Position numbers and translations under genes: made by a program. The notes below the pieces were generated by a model. The model was given only the letters and a program-made list of their open reading frames with translations, ran no database searches and was not told the origin of the DNA. A stretch of 64,000 bases of DNA from Eledone cirrhosa. Lineage: Eukaryota. The stretch spans positions 124,186,001 to 124,250,000 of the forward strand of contig OZ024745.1 of assembly GCA_964016885.1 (NCBI GenBank), read 5' to 3'. Positions 11,398 to 23,613 of the stretch are shown here, in pieces. How positions within the stretch are numbered: position 1 is the first letter of the stretch; each line of letters starts with the position of its first letter.

Positions 11398-14300
11398 AGG
11401 GCCCCTGAGTCCAGTAAGACGACCTCTCTAGTGCTGGTGGCACGAATAAAAGCACCTAGTCCATGCTGTAAAATGGAAGGGTAAAGAGGGCCCCTGAGTC
11501 CAGTAAGACGAACTCTCTAGTGCTGGTGGCACAAATAAAAGCACCCAGTCCATTCTGTAAAGTGGTGCTGGTGTTAGGAAGGGCATCCAACCAGTATAAT
11601 AAAAGCCAAAATTATGAGCACAACAAATAAAAATTGCAACAACTGCGTCAACAACAATAACACTAACCATGTTAGGGCTGCGCACGGTAGTGGGGTGGCT
11701 AGTGTGGCCATGTGTGAGAACCCCATGACCGACACTAAGCAATCGCACAATAGGAAAAAGAACGAGACGTCGCATCTCAAAGTTGCCACACTTAATGTTG
11801 GCACTCTAGCAGGTAGATCTTTGAGATTGTAGAGATGCTGGAGAGAAGGCATGTGGATGTGTGCTGTGTGGAAGAGGTGAGATGGAGAGGTGCCTCTGCA
11901 AGACTAATCGCAGGCAAACATCATAGTTATAAGCTTTTCTGGGTGGGTAATGATGATGGGTTAGGTGGGGTGGGCATATTACTGGCTGAGAGATGGATCA
12001 CTAAGACAATAGAGATAGTTAGTGTTAGTAATAGAATAATTAAGCTTAGGTTAGTTGTAGGCAGGAGACTACTTACAATCATCTCTTCCTATGCTCCCCA
12101 GGCAGGCCTAGGTAAAGAAGAGAAAGAGTGCTTTTACAAGCAACTTTTACAAACAGCCTCAATGACAAAGGACAGAGACATTGTTATGCTAGCAGGGGAT
12201 TTCAATGGAGATGTTGGACAGCTCCAGGATGGATACACTGGAGTACATGGTGGGTACAGTTACAGCTCAAGAAATGAAGAAGGAGTGAGGCTTCTTGAAT
12301 TTTGTGATGTAAATGCACCAACCATTTGCGACACTAACTTCCAGAGGCCCACCAACCACCTAATAACCTACAAATCAGGCGAGCACATAAGCCAGATTGA
12401 CTTCCTGCTAGTTAGACAGCGAGACAGACGGATAGTGTCAAATACTAAAGCATACCCCGGGGAAGAATGTACCCCACAGCATAGGTTAGTCGTTAGTGAC
12501 ATCTCAGTAAGCAAGAGATGGAATGAGACATACAGGAAGGTGTGGAGAAGAAAGGTCTGGAAGCTAAAAGACCTTTCATTAAAATATAAATTTAGCAAAG
12601 CCCTTCAAGATGCGTATGACGAAAAAGAAGACGATTTAGAGTTGTATGGTGTAGATGATAACTGGAATTTCTTGTGTGACAACTTACTGCAGGCTACTGA
12701 AGAAACTTGTGGTTGGGCAGAGCTTCCACCAGACAGAGAGTAAACGGTGGTGGAACAGCACGGTAGATAGGGCCATTAGAGACAAAAGACTGGCATGGAA
12801 AGCCTGGAAAAATGGTGGAAGTAGAGACGGATACACAGTGGCTAAGAGAGAAGCTAGACGTCAGGTGTACTTAGCATGCAGGGAGGCTAAGAGTTTGCCA
12901 ATGTTCTGCGACGGGAAGATCAGAGGCGTGCGGTGTTCCACATTGCAAGGCAGTGTGTCAGTGCAAATTAGGATGTTGTTGGAGATAAGTGTCTCCGGAA
13001 TGATGCCGGTGTACTTAGTGTCACGAATGATCAAAAGAAGGAAGCCTGGAAATATCATTATGAGAGACTGATGAATGTAGAGAATGAATGGGACAGAGAG
13101 GAATTACCCCCAGTAGACCCAAAAGAGGGACCAGCTATTGAGATTGATGACTATAGGGTACAAGAAGCAATTAAGGAAATGAAGAATGGTAAGGCTGTTG
13201 GGCCATCAGGGATAGTTGCTGAGATGCTGAAGGCTCCAGGAGAAGTAGGCACTAAACTAGTTGCACGCATTATCAATCAAGCTATATATGGTGGTGTAAT
13301 ACCCAAAGACTGGTGCAGCAGTATTCTCATAAATTGTTACAAAGGTAAAGGGGATGCTCTAAAGAGTAGCAATTATAGGGGCATAAGGCTGATGGATCAA
13401 GTTATGAAAGTGGCAGAGAAAATATTAGCGCAACTGATTAGAGAAAGGGTCAATTTAGATGAGATGCAGTTTGGTTTTGTGCCTGGGAAAAGTACAACAG
13501 ATGCCCTCTTCATAGTGAGGCAACTACAAGAGAGGTTCTTAGAGAAGAATAAGCCACTATACTTAGCTTTTATTGACCTAGAGAAGGCCTTTGATAGAGT
13601 ACCCCGATCTGTCATCTGGTGGTCCCTAAGGAAACTAGGGGTAGAGGAATGGATTGTAAGGACAGTACAAGCTAAGTACAGGGGTGGGGTCAGTAAATTG
13701 AGAATAGGAATGAAGTTTATTGAGGAATTCCAGATACAAGTAGGTGTACATGAAGGTTCTGTCCTCCACCCACTCTTGTTCATTATAGTCCTCCAAGCCA
13801 TAACAGAGGAGTTTAAGACTGGCTGTCCATGGGAACTTCTCTATGCTGATGATCTGGTTCTTATAGCAGAATCAGTAAAGGAGGTAGAGAATAAATTCTG
13901 GCTATGAAAACAGCAATTGGAATCAAGGGGACTGAGAGTGAACATAGCTAAAACAAAGGCGTTGATAAGTAGAAGAGAAGACAATACTCTAATTCCATCA
14001 AGGAAATGGCCATGTTCGATGTGTAGAAAAGGAACTGGCATAAATTCCATAAAATGTACGCAATGCAGATCTTGGGTACTCAAGAGATGTAGTGGGATAG
14101 CAGGCAAACTAACGGGTAGGGAAAACTATGTATGCAACAGGGAAAGTTGGCAGTAGTAGTCGATGTGATAGACTCATTTTACAAATGCAGGCGGGTGCTA
14201 TAGAATTGATTGATAGCTTCCGGTACCTAGGTGATCAGGTTAGCATGGGAGGAGGGTGTTCCGAAGCCATAGTATCTAGAATAAGGACGGGTTGGAAGAA

Positions 14301-14834
14301 GTTTAGGGAGCTGCTCCCTCTGTTGACAAAGAAGGGTTTCTCCCTGCATACGAAAGGACGGTTATATGATGCCTGTGTGAGATGCGCGATGCTGCATGGT
14401 AGTGAGACATGGGCAGCAACTGCAGAGGATATACAACGGCTGGAGAGAAATGAAGCAAGAATGCTCCGTTGGATGTGCAATGTCAATGTGCGTGAACGAC
14501 CAAGCATAGACGAGTTGAGAAAGAAACTGGGTATAAGAGGGATAAGATGTGGTGTGCAGGAGAGAAGGCGGAGATGGTATGGACATGTGATGCTCATGGA
14601 GGATGACGGATGGATGAAGAAGTGCCAGGAAGTCCCAGTGGAGGGAAGAGGCAGTAGAGGTAGACCATGAAAAACATGGCTGGAGGTGGTGAAAGCAGAC
14701 CTCAGATCGCTGAAACTCACTGAGGAGATGACGAAGGACCATGACGGGTAGAGAGATGCTGTGCTGAATAGGACCCGTCCAACCCTTGAAAGCAGGGAAA
14801 AGCAGACGTAAAATGATGATGATGATGATGATGA
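11398..14834 (+). mobile_element. Near-full-length RTE-clade non-LTR retrotransposon
   Basis: Tandem 89-bp 5' units, APE endonuclease, RT, short 3' UTR and (GAT)n tail. Confidence 0.95.
11614..14810 (+). pseudogene. Disrupted APE endonuclease-reverse transcriptase ORF
   Basis: EN motifs ATLNV, EVRW, YAPQ, GDFN, QIDF and QHRLVV. RT motifs NYRGI, QFGF, FIDLEKAFD, GVHEGS, YADD and FRYLG. Several frameshifts and stops. Confidence 0.95.
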
Positions 14835-16702
14835 TATATGTACATACACATATTACTTTCTTCTTTTAACAAGATCACTTTTGATGTAAGATAAATTGTT
14901 TAAATGACATCTATCGACTAAAAAATGTTATACTGTATTGAGTGAGACAGATAGGAGTAAAAAAAGGGAAAGAGGAATACATATCTTTAGAAAAAGAGAG
15001 CGTTCATTATGAAAACAATAGAGCTTCAAGGAAAAGGAAGCTAGTGGGAAAGGTGAGGATATATAAAAGATAAATAGATATCAGTAGAGAGAAAACAAAT
15101 GAAAGTGAATGAGTAATGGAAACTGAGGTAAAAAGTCTGAAGTGGGGTAAGAAGAGAAGAACAAAATTGTTTCATAATAGAGAAATGGACATTCATGCAA
15201 ACAAACTTTAAAAAAAAAATATATATATTATGTACGTGTGTATAAATGTGTGTATGTATTTATTTATGTGTGTTTTACTTTTCTTTCATAATTCTTTCAA
15301 AGTTTCCTGTTTTTCTATTTCTGACAAATTTCTTTTGTCAAAATATGAACATTTCAAATCCTTTACTATTTATTTTAAATCAAATATTTTTTTCTTACTG
15401 TACCGGCCTTGAGGTCAGACTGACTTTCTTTAGAATTTTAGAAAGTCTCTCAACAACAACTTATTTTTCTACATGTACAGTGTATGCAAAAAGTTACTGA
15501 ATATTTTCTATCATTTATATATAACATTCACCAGAAAATTAAAGTTAGTTACTTTTCTATCAATTCGTTTTTCTTTTTTGTCACTAACATACGTTGCGAG
15601 TAAATTTACCATTCAGATAGCATACAAAATGTATTGAATGTTATTACAGATATAGTTCAATCAATAATTGAAGCTCAATGGAAATCTTTATGATTTCTGA
15701 ATTTAATTTTAGTTTTTCAATTGGTGAGAACTTTTCATGACATTGCTCTCAAATGAAGTCCATAACCATGATATTCTAAAGAACAATCCATGCATTAGAA
15801 TCAATATTACTGAAAACTCATGAACTTTAGATTAAATGTATACAATATAAATGAGATTTATGGAATCTTCATTTTGAATAGTTATAAATAAATGATTCAT
15901 TGCTGTTTCCTTAATACAGATGTCACATCAATTTTCCAGCTACTGTTAGTGCAGTATTTCTTTTTATTTGGATACACCTATTGGTGGGTATTTGAATGTT
16001 CTGCAACTCACCAAACTAGTTACTTCATGCTAAGAGGTTACCACTAGGCATCAGATTTATGTTTTTCCCTTTAGCATTTAAACTTACTGTATCCGGCCAG
16101 AATTCTCTCACCTCTTTTTGTTCAAAATGGCTGTAAGGTATTGCTCTCAAAATAAATAACATCAAAATCTCATAAATTCGATTTTATGTGTGGAAATTAT
16201 GTGATGTAAATGTTATAGAGTTTGCACCTTCCTATTAGTAGAGGTGAGAAACAGGAAGTGTTTGTTGACTGTAAAATGTTTCTTGGTAATTATGTGGTCT
16301 AGCAAAATGGAAATACAAGTGCTGGGAAGTTATTGTTGTACCTGAATATAGATTTCAACATCAAAATACACCAAAACAACTTATAATATTAGTTGTATTA
16401 AATAAAACCTCGGATGTCTGAAACAAAACAGCTATTATGTACATCATGTCTGTTCTCCTCAAATTATTTAGAAAAAGTATAAACTAAACATAGAGTATTG
16501 AAACTTAAAGCACTCTTCAGTTGTATGAGTTGCATGTTTAAAAACAAGATTTCATATAAAATGATTGGGGATATATCTTAAAGCTCTTTTTATTCTATGG
16601 GAATTCTTTTTGTTTCTGTAAATGAGAAATGTTACAGATTTGTCCAGGTGTTCTAATTTAGAGAAGTGACAAATTTATGAAACAAAATATTGGTTCCAGC
16701 AT

Positions 16703-17045
16703 GGAATCATTTCATCATTTCATTTCATTTTACGTCCACTTTTCCCTGCTTGCAAGGGTGGGACGGGAACTGATTCTGGCTTGATTTCTACAGCTGGATG
16801 CCCTTCCTAACACCAACCTCATTTACAGTGAGGTGCTGGGTGCTTTTTTGCCGTGGCACCTCCACGACCACTTTGCAGTGGAATGATAGGGACCCCAGTC
16901 CCTATCATCTCATTTCTACAGCTGAGTAAACTGGAGCAATGTGAAATAAGTGTCTTGCTCAAGGAAACAACACATCACCCGGTCTGAGAATTGAACTCAC
17001 AACCTTTCGATTGCAAGGCCAATGCTCTAACCACTAAGCCATGTG
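16703..17045 (-). mobile_element. Composite tRNA/CORE-like/RTE SINE
   Basis: Longer copy of 1186..1484. Confidence 0.75.
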
Positions 17046-17389
17046 CCATCCATCTTGTATCAAAACTAATTCTATCAGATTAAGAAAACAATTTTATCAG
17101 ATGTAGAATTAACTTCTTAGAAAGAGTTTTTGATAATTTACAAAGACAACATTTAGAGATATTAATGCACCACACGTTTTCCCTAATTAAAACTTTTCAA
17201 TAATTTAAGTCGATCCCATTAAAGATCTTTTGCATATCTAAACAAGTCTTACTAGTTTTCAGAAACTTTATTTCCAAGAAATCAAATTATTTTAGTATGA
17301 TTAATGCATTATATTTCACAAAGAATTCATAAACAGACTATCATCTTAATTATTTCTCTTAATTCAAAATATTTATTAATTTTGTTTTG

Positions 17390-17600
17390 TAATAATGGTT
17401 TCTGATTTAGGCACAAGGCCAGCAATTTTGGGGGAGGGGAAAATCGATAAATTGACCTCAATGTGTGACTGGTACTTGTTTTATTGACCCTATTAGGATG
17501 AAAGGCAAAGGTAACCTCAACAGGATTTGAACTCGGAACGTAAAGAGCCGTAACTCTATGCCATGAAGCAGTGTGTCCGACACTCTACCTATACTGCCTT
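17390..17600 (-). mobile_element. tRNA-derived SINE family 1
   Basis: GGATGAAAGGCAAAG...GGATTTGAACTC. Confidence 0.75.
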
Positions 17601-17889
17601 ATTTTCTTTTGTAATAATAAATCCTTCAATAAAATATTCCCAATCAAATTTTACATATTGATATTTATCCCTTAAAGATATTTTCATTCCTTTGTTGTAT
17701 TTGCCTGGCAGAAGTTTCTATGTGAGATATTTTTTCTGTAAAAGTTAAGACACTTACTTAGACTTAGAAACTTCCACATCTTGAGATGCATGAAGTAGTC
17801 AAAGTCCTCCAATAACCACGGTCTGTTGCATCTGTCAATACATTGATTCAAACTTTTTTCACTGTTTTCAAACTTCAAGTCACTGTCGA

Positions 17890-18185
17890 TTGTCAGCTGC
17901 CAGTTTATCTTGGGATGTTCTCTTTGCCACTTTTCATTTGGGTACTAATACAGGACCTGATTAGCATATTTCTCTCGTGGGAGTCATGTGACATGTCCCA
18001 ACAGCCAAGTCGATGCTTTCACATGATGTTAGACACATATTGTTGGTGGGTTCGTTGGCAGAATTATTTGTTGGTGAAGTTATTCCACCTGATGCCAAGG
18101 ATTTTCTGGAGGCACTTAGTGTCAAAATCATTTAATTGGTTCTCTTGGGTGGTCTACACACTCCACGTTTCACATCTGTGCAGGA
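17890..18185 (-). pseudogene. Old RTE RT C-terminal fragment
   Basis: Minus strand: CETWSV...LNDFDTKCLQKILGIRW. Confidence 0.65.
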
Positions 18186-19799
18186 GTGTTGAAAGCAAAG
18201 GGTTATTCTCATTTTATTACAATTTTCTATATTTTTCTTCCTTTCCCCTTGGTGCCACAAATAGAGACCATTATTATCATTATTTATCTAATTAAGTTTA
18301 GTGGATGACAGAATGAATACAGACCTAGATGACATTCTTAATGATATTTAGTTACATTGTTTTATGTTCTGAGTTTAAGTCTTGTTGAGGTTCACATTGT
18401 TATCTATTTCCCAACACTGGAAGCTAAGTTATAGAAATGGCTCATATAATTGTTTCTACTTTTGGCACAAGGCCAGCAATTACCCAGTACATTACTGGTA
18501 CTTTATTTTATCGACCCCGTATGGATGAAAGGCAAAGTTAACCTCGGCTCATATAATGGTGGCTGATCATTCTCCTAAATGTATGGACTGCTGTTACTGT
18601 TAATAATTATTAACATAATTAGGATGGTTGCATTGCAGAAATAACAGTATGTTGGACTAAGTGCCATGTAATATTTGATATTAACCATTCGATATGAACT
18701 GAAGTCCTGTTGGGATTTGACTTTGCCTTTCATTCAGACATGAATTAATTTTAGTTCAATCTGTTTCTCCTATCCCTTACCAATTTGTGGTTTGTATGCC
18801 ATTTTAAGAAATTATCATTATTTATTTCAGAACAGATACAAAGTAATGAAAAAGAACTAAGTGTGTGAGTTTTAAATGAAAAATGCTACTTTACTGTAAT
18901 GCAACTGCTACTTCAATTTAGCAATGCCTTTAAACATATAGTAATGGTTGTATTTGGTTGTGTTAAATGACCAAGTTAATATCACAGATATTGTGGAACC
19001 TCATGTAATCATAACCAATGTAATGAAATAGATAGCTAATATTTAGGGATGAAATAAATGTATTTTAACAGAGAAAGTTCTAAGAGATTGTGATATAACT
19101 TACACGATGTAAGCTAAGACTTAGGCAAAGTTAATTAAATTATAACGTTAGGTTTCACAGATTAGATAATACAGAATATTGAAATGTAGAATTATGCTGT
19201 TGCATTGGGTAAATCCTCTGTTGAGGACTGTAGATCCCATTAAATAATTTCTTGTCTAATTTGGTGGCAAAACTATGAGTTCGAAAATAGCTTTAATTGC
19301 TGTTGGGGGGTTTAATATAAGTATTAGTAACAGGTAGAGATTGAATCAATTGGTTATGTTCTCCATTAATAAAGATTGCACTTTCACATTAGAAAGGAAT
19401 TATTAAATGGTAGTTCATACCTGCTGAACTTGGGGTCAGAATTCCAGGAAAATACACTATTAGGATGATAATGAATAGCTAACATCTTATAGATTGTGAA
19501 TTCTTATAGCGAGTGAATAGGTTGTGTCTAATTAAGGGGAGCATACTAGTATATAGATAATGAAGATATACAATATCATGAATCCTAATTATATTATCCT
19601 TAATCTTGTAACTCTGTACAGAATACAATCTGCTTCAAGTTGATACCCATCAGTCAGAAATTATGAAAAAAAAAAAATGCTAAGGTCAGGATAAGTGCAT
19701 GACCCATGCATCTCTTCATATTTCTTATATACTGTTATATGATATTGCACTAGCATTTAACAATGTATTCATAGCACCTATTTACTAACATTATTTATA

Positions 19800-20132
19800 G
19801 AGGGCAGTATCGGCAGTATCGGTAGAGGGTTGGACGCCATGCTTTCTAGCATAGTTACGTCCCTTTACGGTTTGAGTTCAAATCCCGCTGAGGTTAACTT
19901 TGCCTTTCATCCTTACGGGGTCGATAAAATAAAGTACCAGTAATGTACTGGGTAATTTCTGGCCTTGTGCCTAAAATAGAAACAATTATTTATAGAGTTA
20001 CGGCCTTTGCCATTCTGAGTTCAAATCCTGCCGAGGTTAACTTTGCCTTTCATCCTTACGGGGTCGATAAAATAAAGTACCAGTAATACACTGGGTAATT
20101 GCTGGCCTTGTGCCTAAAGTAGAAACAATTAT
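19800..20132 (+). mobile_element. Tandem pair of SINE family 1 (second copy 5'-truncated)
   Basis: Two GAGTTCAAATCC...GCCTTTCATCCTTACGGGGTCGATAAAAT...AGAAACAATTA units. Confidence 0.85.
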
Positions 20133-20712
20133 TTATAAGTACTAAGCGTATAGGAGATCATTAGCCAGAATCATTAGAGCATTGGACTAATTGTTCTGGA
20201 TCTTTGTGATTTGAGTTCGAATCCTACTGAGGTTAACATTGTCTTCAATTCTTCTTAGGATCAATAACATATCATCTGGTGCTACACTACATGCTAGAAA
20301 TATAGGTATCATGACCAGAGATAATGCTATACCCGTTGCCATGTAACTATTCATCATGCCACATTTTCAGCAAAATAAAAGCATATAAGATATGATATGG
20401 AATGGCATGCATGTTAGTTAAAGAATGGTATTTGCATAATTGTAGTATGGCACTGTAAAAGAATCTAATCATGGACTTATATGTTTAACAATAACATACA
20501 TCACAAATTTAATACAATGCTTTCAGTAAATAGAATTTGTTTGTTAAAATGAAGCTGGAGGGAAGAGTTTGTTTAGAATTTAGGAAGAATAGGGAAGATA
20601 CAATGAAGACAAACAATTCCTGTAGTGTGTTAACAGAGACTCATTTAATTTTCCCTAAAGGCATTTTAAAAAACTGCCCTGAAAAGATATGTATATATAT
20701 ATATATATATAT

Positions 20713-20785
20713 ATAGGAAAAAGTATGACCCCAAGTATGGGGGTCATACTTTTTCCTATTTCCCACTCTACTACTCTAAGTATGG
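20713..20785. repeat. Perfect 20-bp inverted repeat with 7-nt loop at the edge of a short insert in (AT)n
   Basis: ATAGGAAAAAGTATGACCCC-AAGTATG-GGGGTCATACTTTTTCCTAT. The distal part resembles 41765..41810. Confidence 0.9.
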
Positions 20786-20832
20786 ATGTATGTATGTCTG
20801 TGTATATATATATGAGTGTATATATATATATG

Positions 20833-21405
20833 CTACTGGTAACATGTATCCCAGTACAACCTGTCCCATGGTTGGGTCGTTGACGACTAAACTGGCAACC
20901 CCACCAAGGTTTTGGTGAGGAGGGTAACAGGACTAAAACAAAACCTGTCAAAGGGCAAAGGAGCTCTTAAGAGTCAATGGCCATCCAAAATCACCAGGAG
21001 AAATGACCCCTTAGCCTTTGTCAAGGCAAAATTCTAGGAGAAGGAAAACTCTGATATAACACCTGCAACCCTGATGGTATCCAATGATGTTGACTTGTTC
21101 TTCTTTTTGGTAAATATCATCTTGGTTAAGAGAGTGGGACTGGCTTTGTGCAGTGCCTTTTCTAACTATAAAAGCTTCACGGCACAGTCATTACTTTGTA
21201 TATGGAGATCTCTCTGCACTTGTCGTCACATGGTACTATGGGCTCAGCACTATGTGTCAATAATTGTCACAAGTGTAGTGTTTGTACCAGAGTTTTCAAG
21301 TCGCTGGCTGAACTAAAAAGTCACACTTGTTCAGCGCATCGGTAGGGGTTCTCCTACATGGATATAAAGTAGTGGCCGTACTCCAAAACGAGTTGGCAGC
21401 CACCA
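20833..21405 (+). mobile_element. Bipartite RTE-derived non-autonomous element (family X)
   Basis: RTE-type 5' motif CTAGGAGAAGGAAAACTCTGA joined to a C2H2 finger-coding 3' end. Copies at 37490 and 61345. Confidence 0.7.
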
Positions 21406-21500
21406 TATATATATATAGGCATATATATATATATAGGCATATATATATATAGGCATATATATATATATGTATATGTGTGTGTGTGTGTGAATATATCTAT

Positions 21501-21531
<31 letters not shown>

Positions 21532-21562
21532 TATGTGTGTGAATATATATATATATATCTCG

Positions 21563-21609
<47 letters not shown>

Positions 21610-21909
21610 AATATATCTATATCTATCTCTCTCTCTCTATATATATATATATGTGTGTGTGTGAATATATATATATATATATACATCATCATTCATCAAG
21701 TATGTAAAATGCTAGCTATCTCCACTATCTCATATTACTCCTTAGGTCTCATAACTTTTTCCTCTTGTATTTTTACCCCTGTCGGCCTTAATTTTTTATT
21801 TTTTTTATCTATTGTTCTGTGATAGAATATTCTAAAGAAAAAAACCAAAAAAAACCCCGCAATCCCTCATGTATTCCCACCCTTTTTCTCTCACTTTATG
21901 CTTATAAGC

Positions 21910-22080
21910 ATAATTGTTTCTACTTTAGGCACAAGGCCAGCAATTACCCAGTGCATTACTGGTACTTTATTTTATCGACCCCCGTAAGGATGAAAGGCAA
22001 AGTCAACCTCGGCGGGATTTGAACTCAGATCGTAAAGGGACGTAACTATGCTGGAAAGCATGGCGTCCGACCCTCTAAGC
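21910..22080 (-). mobile_element. SINE family 1
   Basis: Reverse complement of 41107..41297. Confidence 0.85.
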
Positions 22081-22529
22081 ATGATGATATAGAACTCTTT
22101 ATTTTCGCTGATCATTCATCAACTATTTAAATCGCTTGTTTTCCTTCCTGCTTACTATCTCAATTATACTACATTACTCTTGTATATTTTTCCCTGTTGG
22201 GCACATCCCCCCCTCACCCTACACACCACTTTAGTCACCTACACCAATGAAAACACAACACAAAAATGTTGCAACTGCTAACTCAATATTTATTGCAATA
22301 ACTACAAATATTTCTCCTACTATTGTTGTTATGGACCTGCGTGTTATTTTGTAAATACAAAGTCAGAGCATTCCTAAATATAAATATGAACACCCCAAGC
22401 ATCTCTGGACGACCAGGCAAATGCTCTTCTCTATTTCAGACATAGAAAACGAATGAACACCAATCCATCTTCCACTGCTCCTCTCAAGTTTTAATCTTCC
22501 AGTGAATTGCAGAATTTCAGAGCTGGCAC

Positions 22530-23613
22530 CATCAGCATAGGCAGAATGAAAGGAAGATCGGGAGAGGATATAGAGATGCTTGAATGAAAGAAAATGGATA
22601 TGTGCTCTGTACAAGATGGAGGGGAGTGTCAACTATATTCCTTGTGGGGAAAACAACAATGCTACAAATTTTTCAGGGCCTGGAGGGAGTAGTTATTATG
22701 GTAGCAGAAAAATGGGTAGTCAAAGTAATTGTTGTAAATAGAGTTAACGACAGATTAATTAGACTTAGACTAATACTAAACTATAAGAATCATAAATATA
22801 TGATAGTTGGCATAAATTCTATAAAATTTATGCAATGCAGATCTTGGGTACACAAGTGATGTAGTGGGATAGCAGAAAAGTTAACAAGTAGGGAAAACTA
22901 TATATGCAGTAGCTGTACAGGGAAATTTGACAGTAGAAGTCGCAGTGATAGGCACATTTTTCAAATGCGGATAGGAACTATAGAGGGGGTTGATAGTTTC
23001 CGATACCTAGGTGATCAGATTAGTAAGGGAGGAGGGTGCTCCGGGGCCATAGTATCCAGAATAAGGACGGGTTGGAAGAAGTTTAGGGAGCTGCTTCCTC
23101 TGTTGACAAAGAAGAGTTTCTCCCTACGAATGAAAGGCTGGTTATATGATGCCTGTGTGAGATGCGCGATGTTGCATGGTAGTGAGACATGGGCAGCAAC
23201 TGAAGAGGATATGCGACAGCTAGATAGAAATGAAGCAAGTATGCTCTGCTGGATGTGCAATGTCAATGTGCATGAACGACCAAGCATAGACGAGTTGAGA
23301 AAGAAACTGGGTATAAGAGGGATAAGTTGTGGTGTGCAGGAGAGAAGGCTAAGATGGTATGGACATGTGATGCGCGCATGGAGGATGACTGCTGGGTGAA
23401 GAAGTGCCACGAAATCCCTGTAGAAGGAAGACGCATTAGAGGAAGACCACGAAAAACATGGGCGGAGGTAGTGAGAGCAGACCTCAGATCGCTGAATCTC
23501 ACCGAGGAGATGACGAAGGACCGTGACAAGTGGAGAAGTGCTGTGCTGAATAGGACCCGTCCAACCCTTGAAAGCCGGGAAAAGCGGACGTAAAATGATG
23601 ATGATGATGATGA
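22530..23613 (+). mobile_element. Decayed RTE EN remnant joined to a 3' fragment (22806..23613) of the 11.4-kb RTE family
   Basis: ORFs 22965..23399 and 23327..23593 closely match 14128..14810; (GAT)n tail. Confidence 0.9.

Noticed and set aside
14900-19700. Host-gene exons in the less repetitive stretches
   Set aside because: No recognisable protein motif or consistent splice frame; short exons cannot be excluded without RNA-seq.
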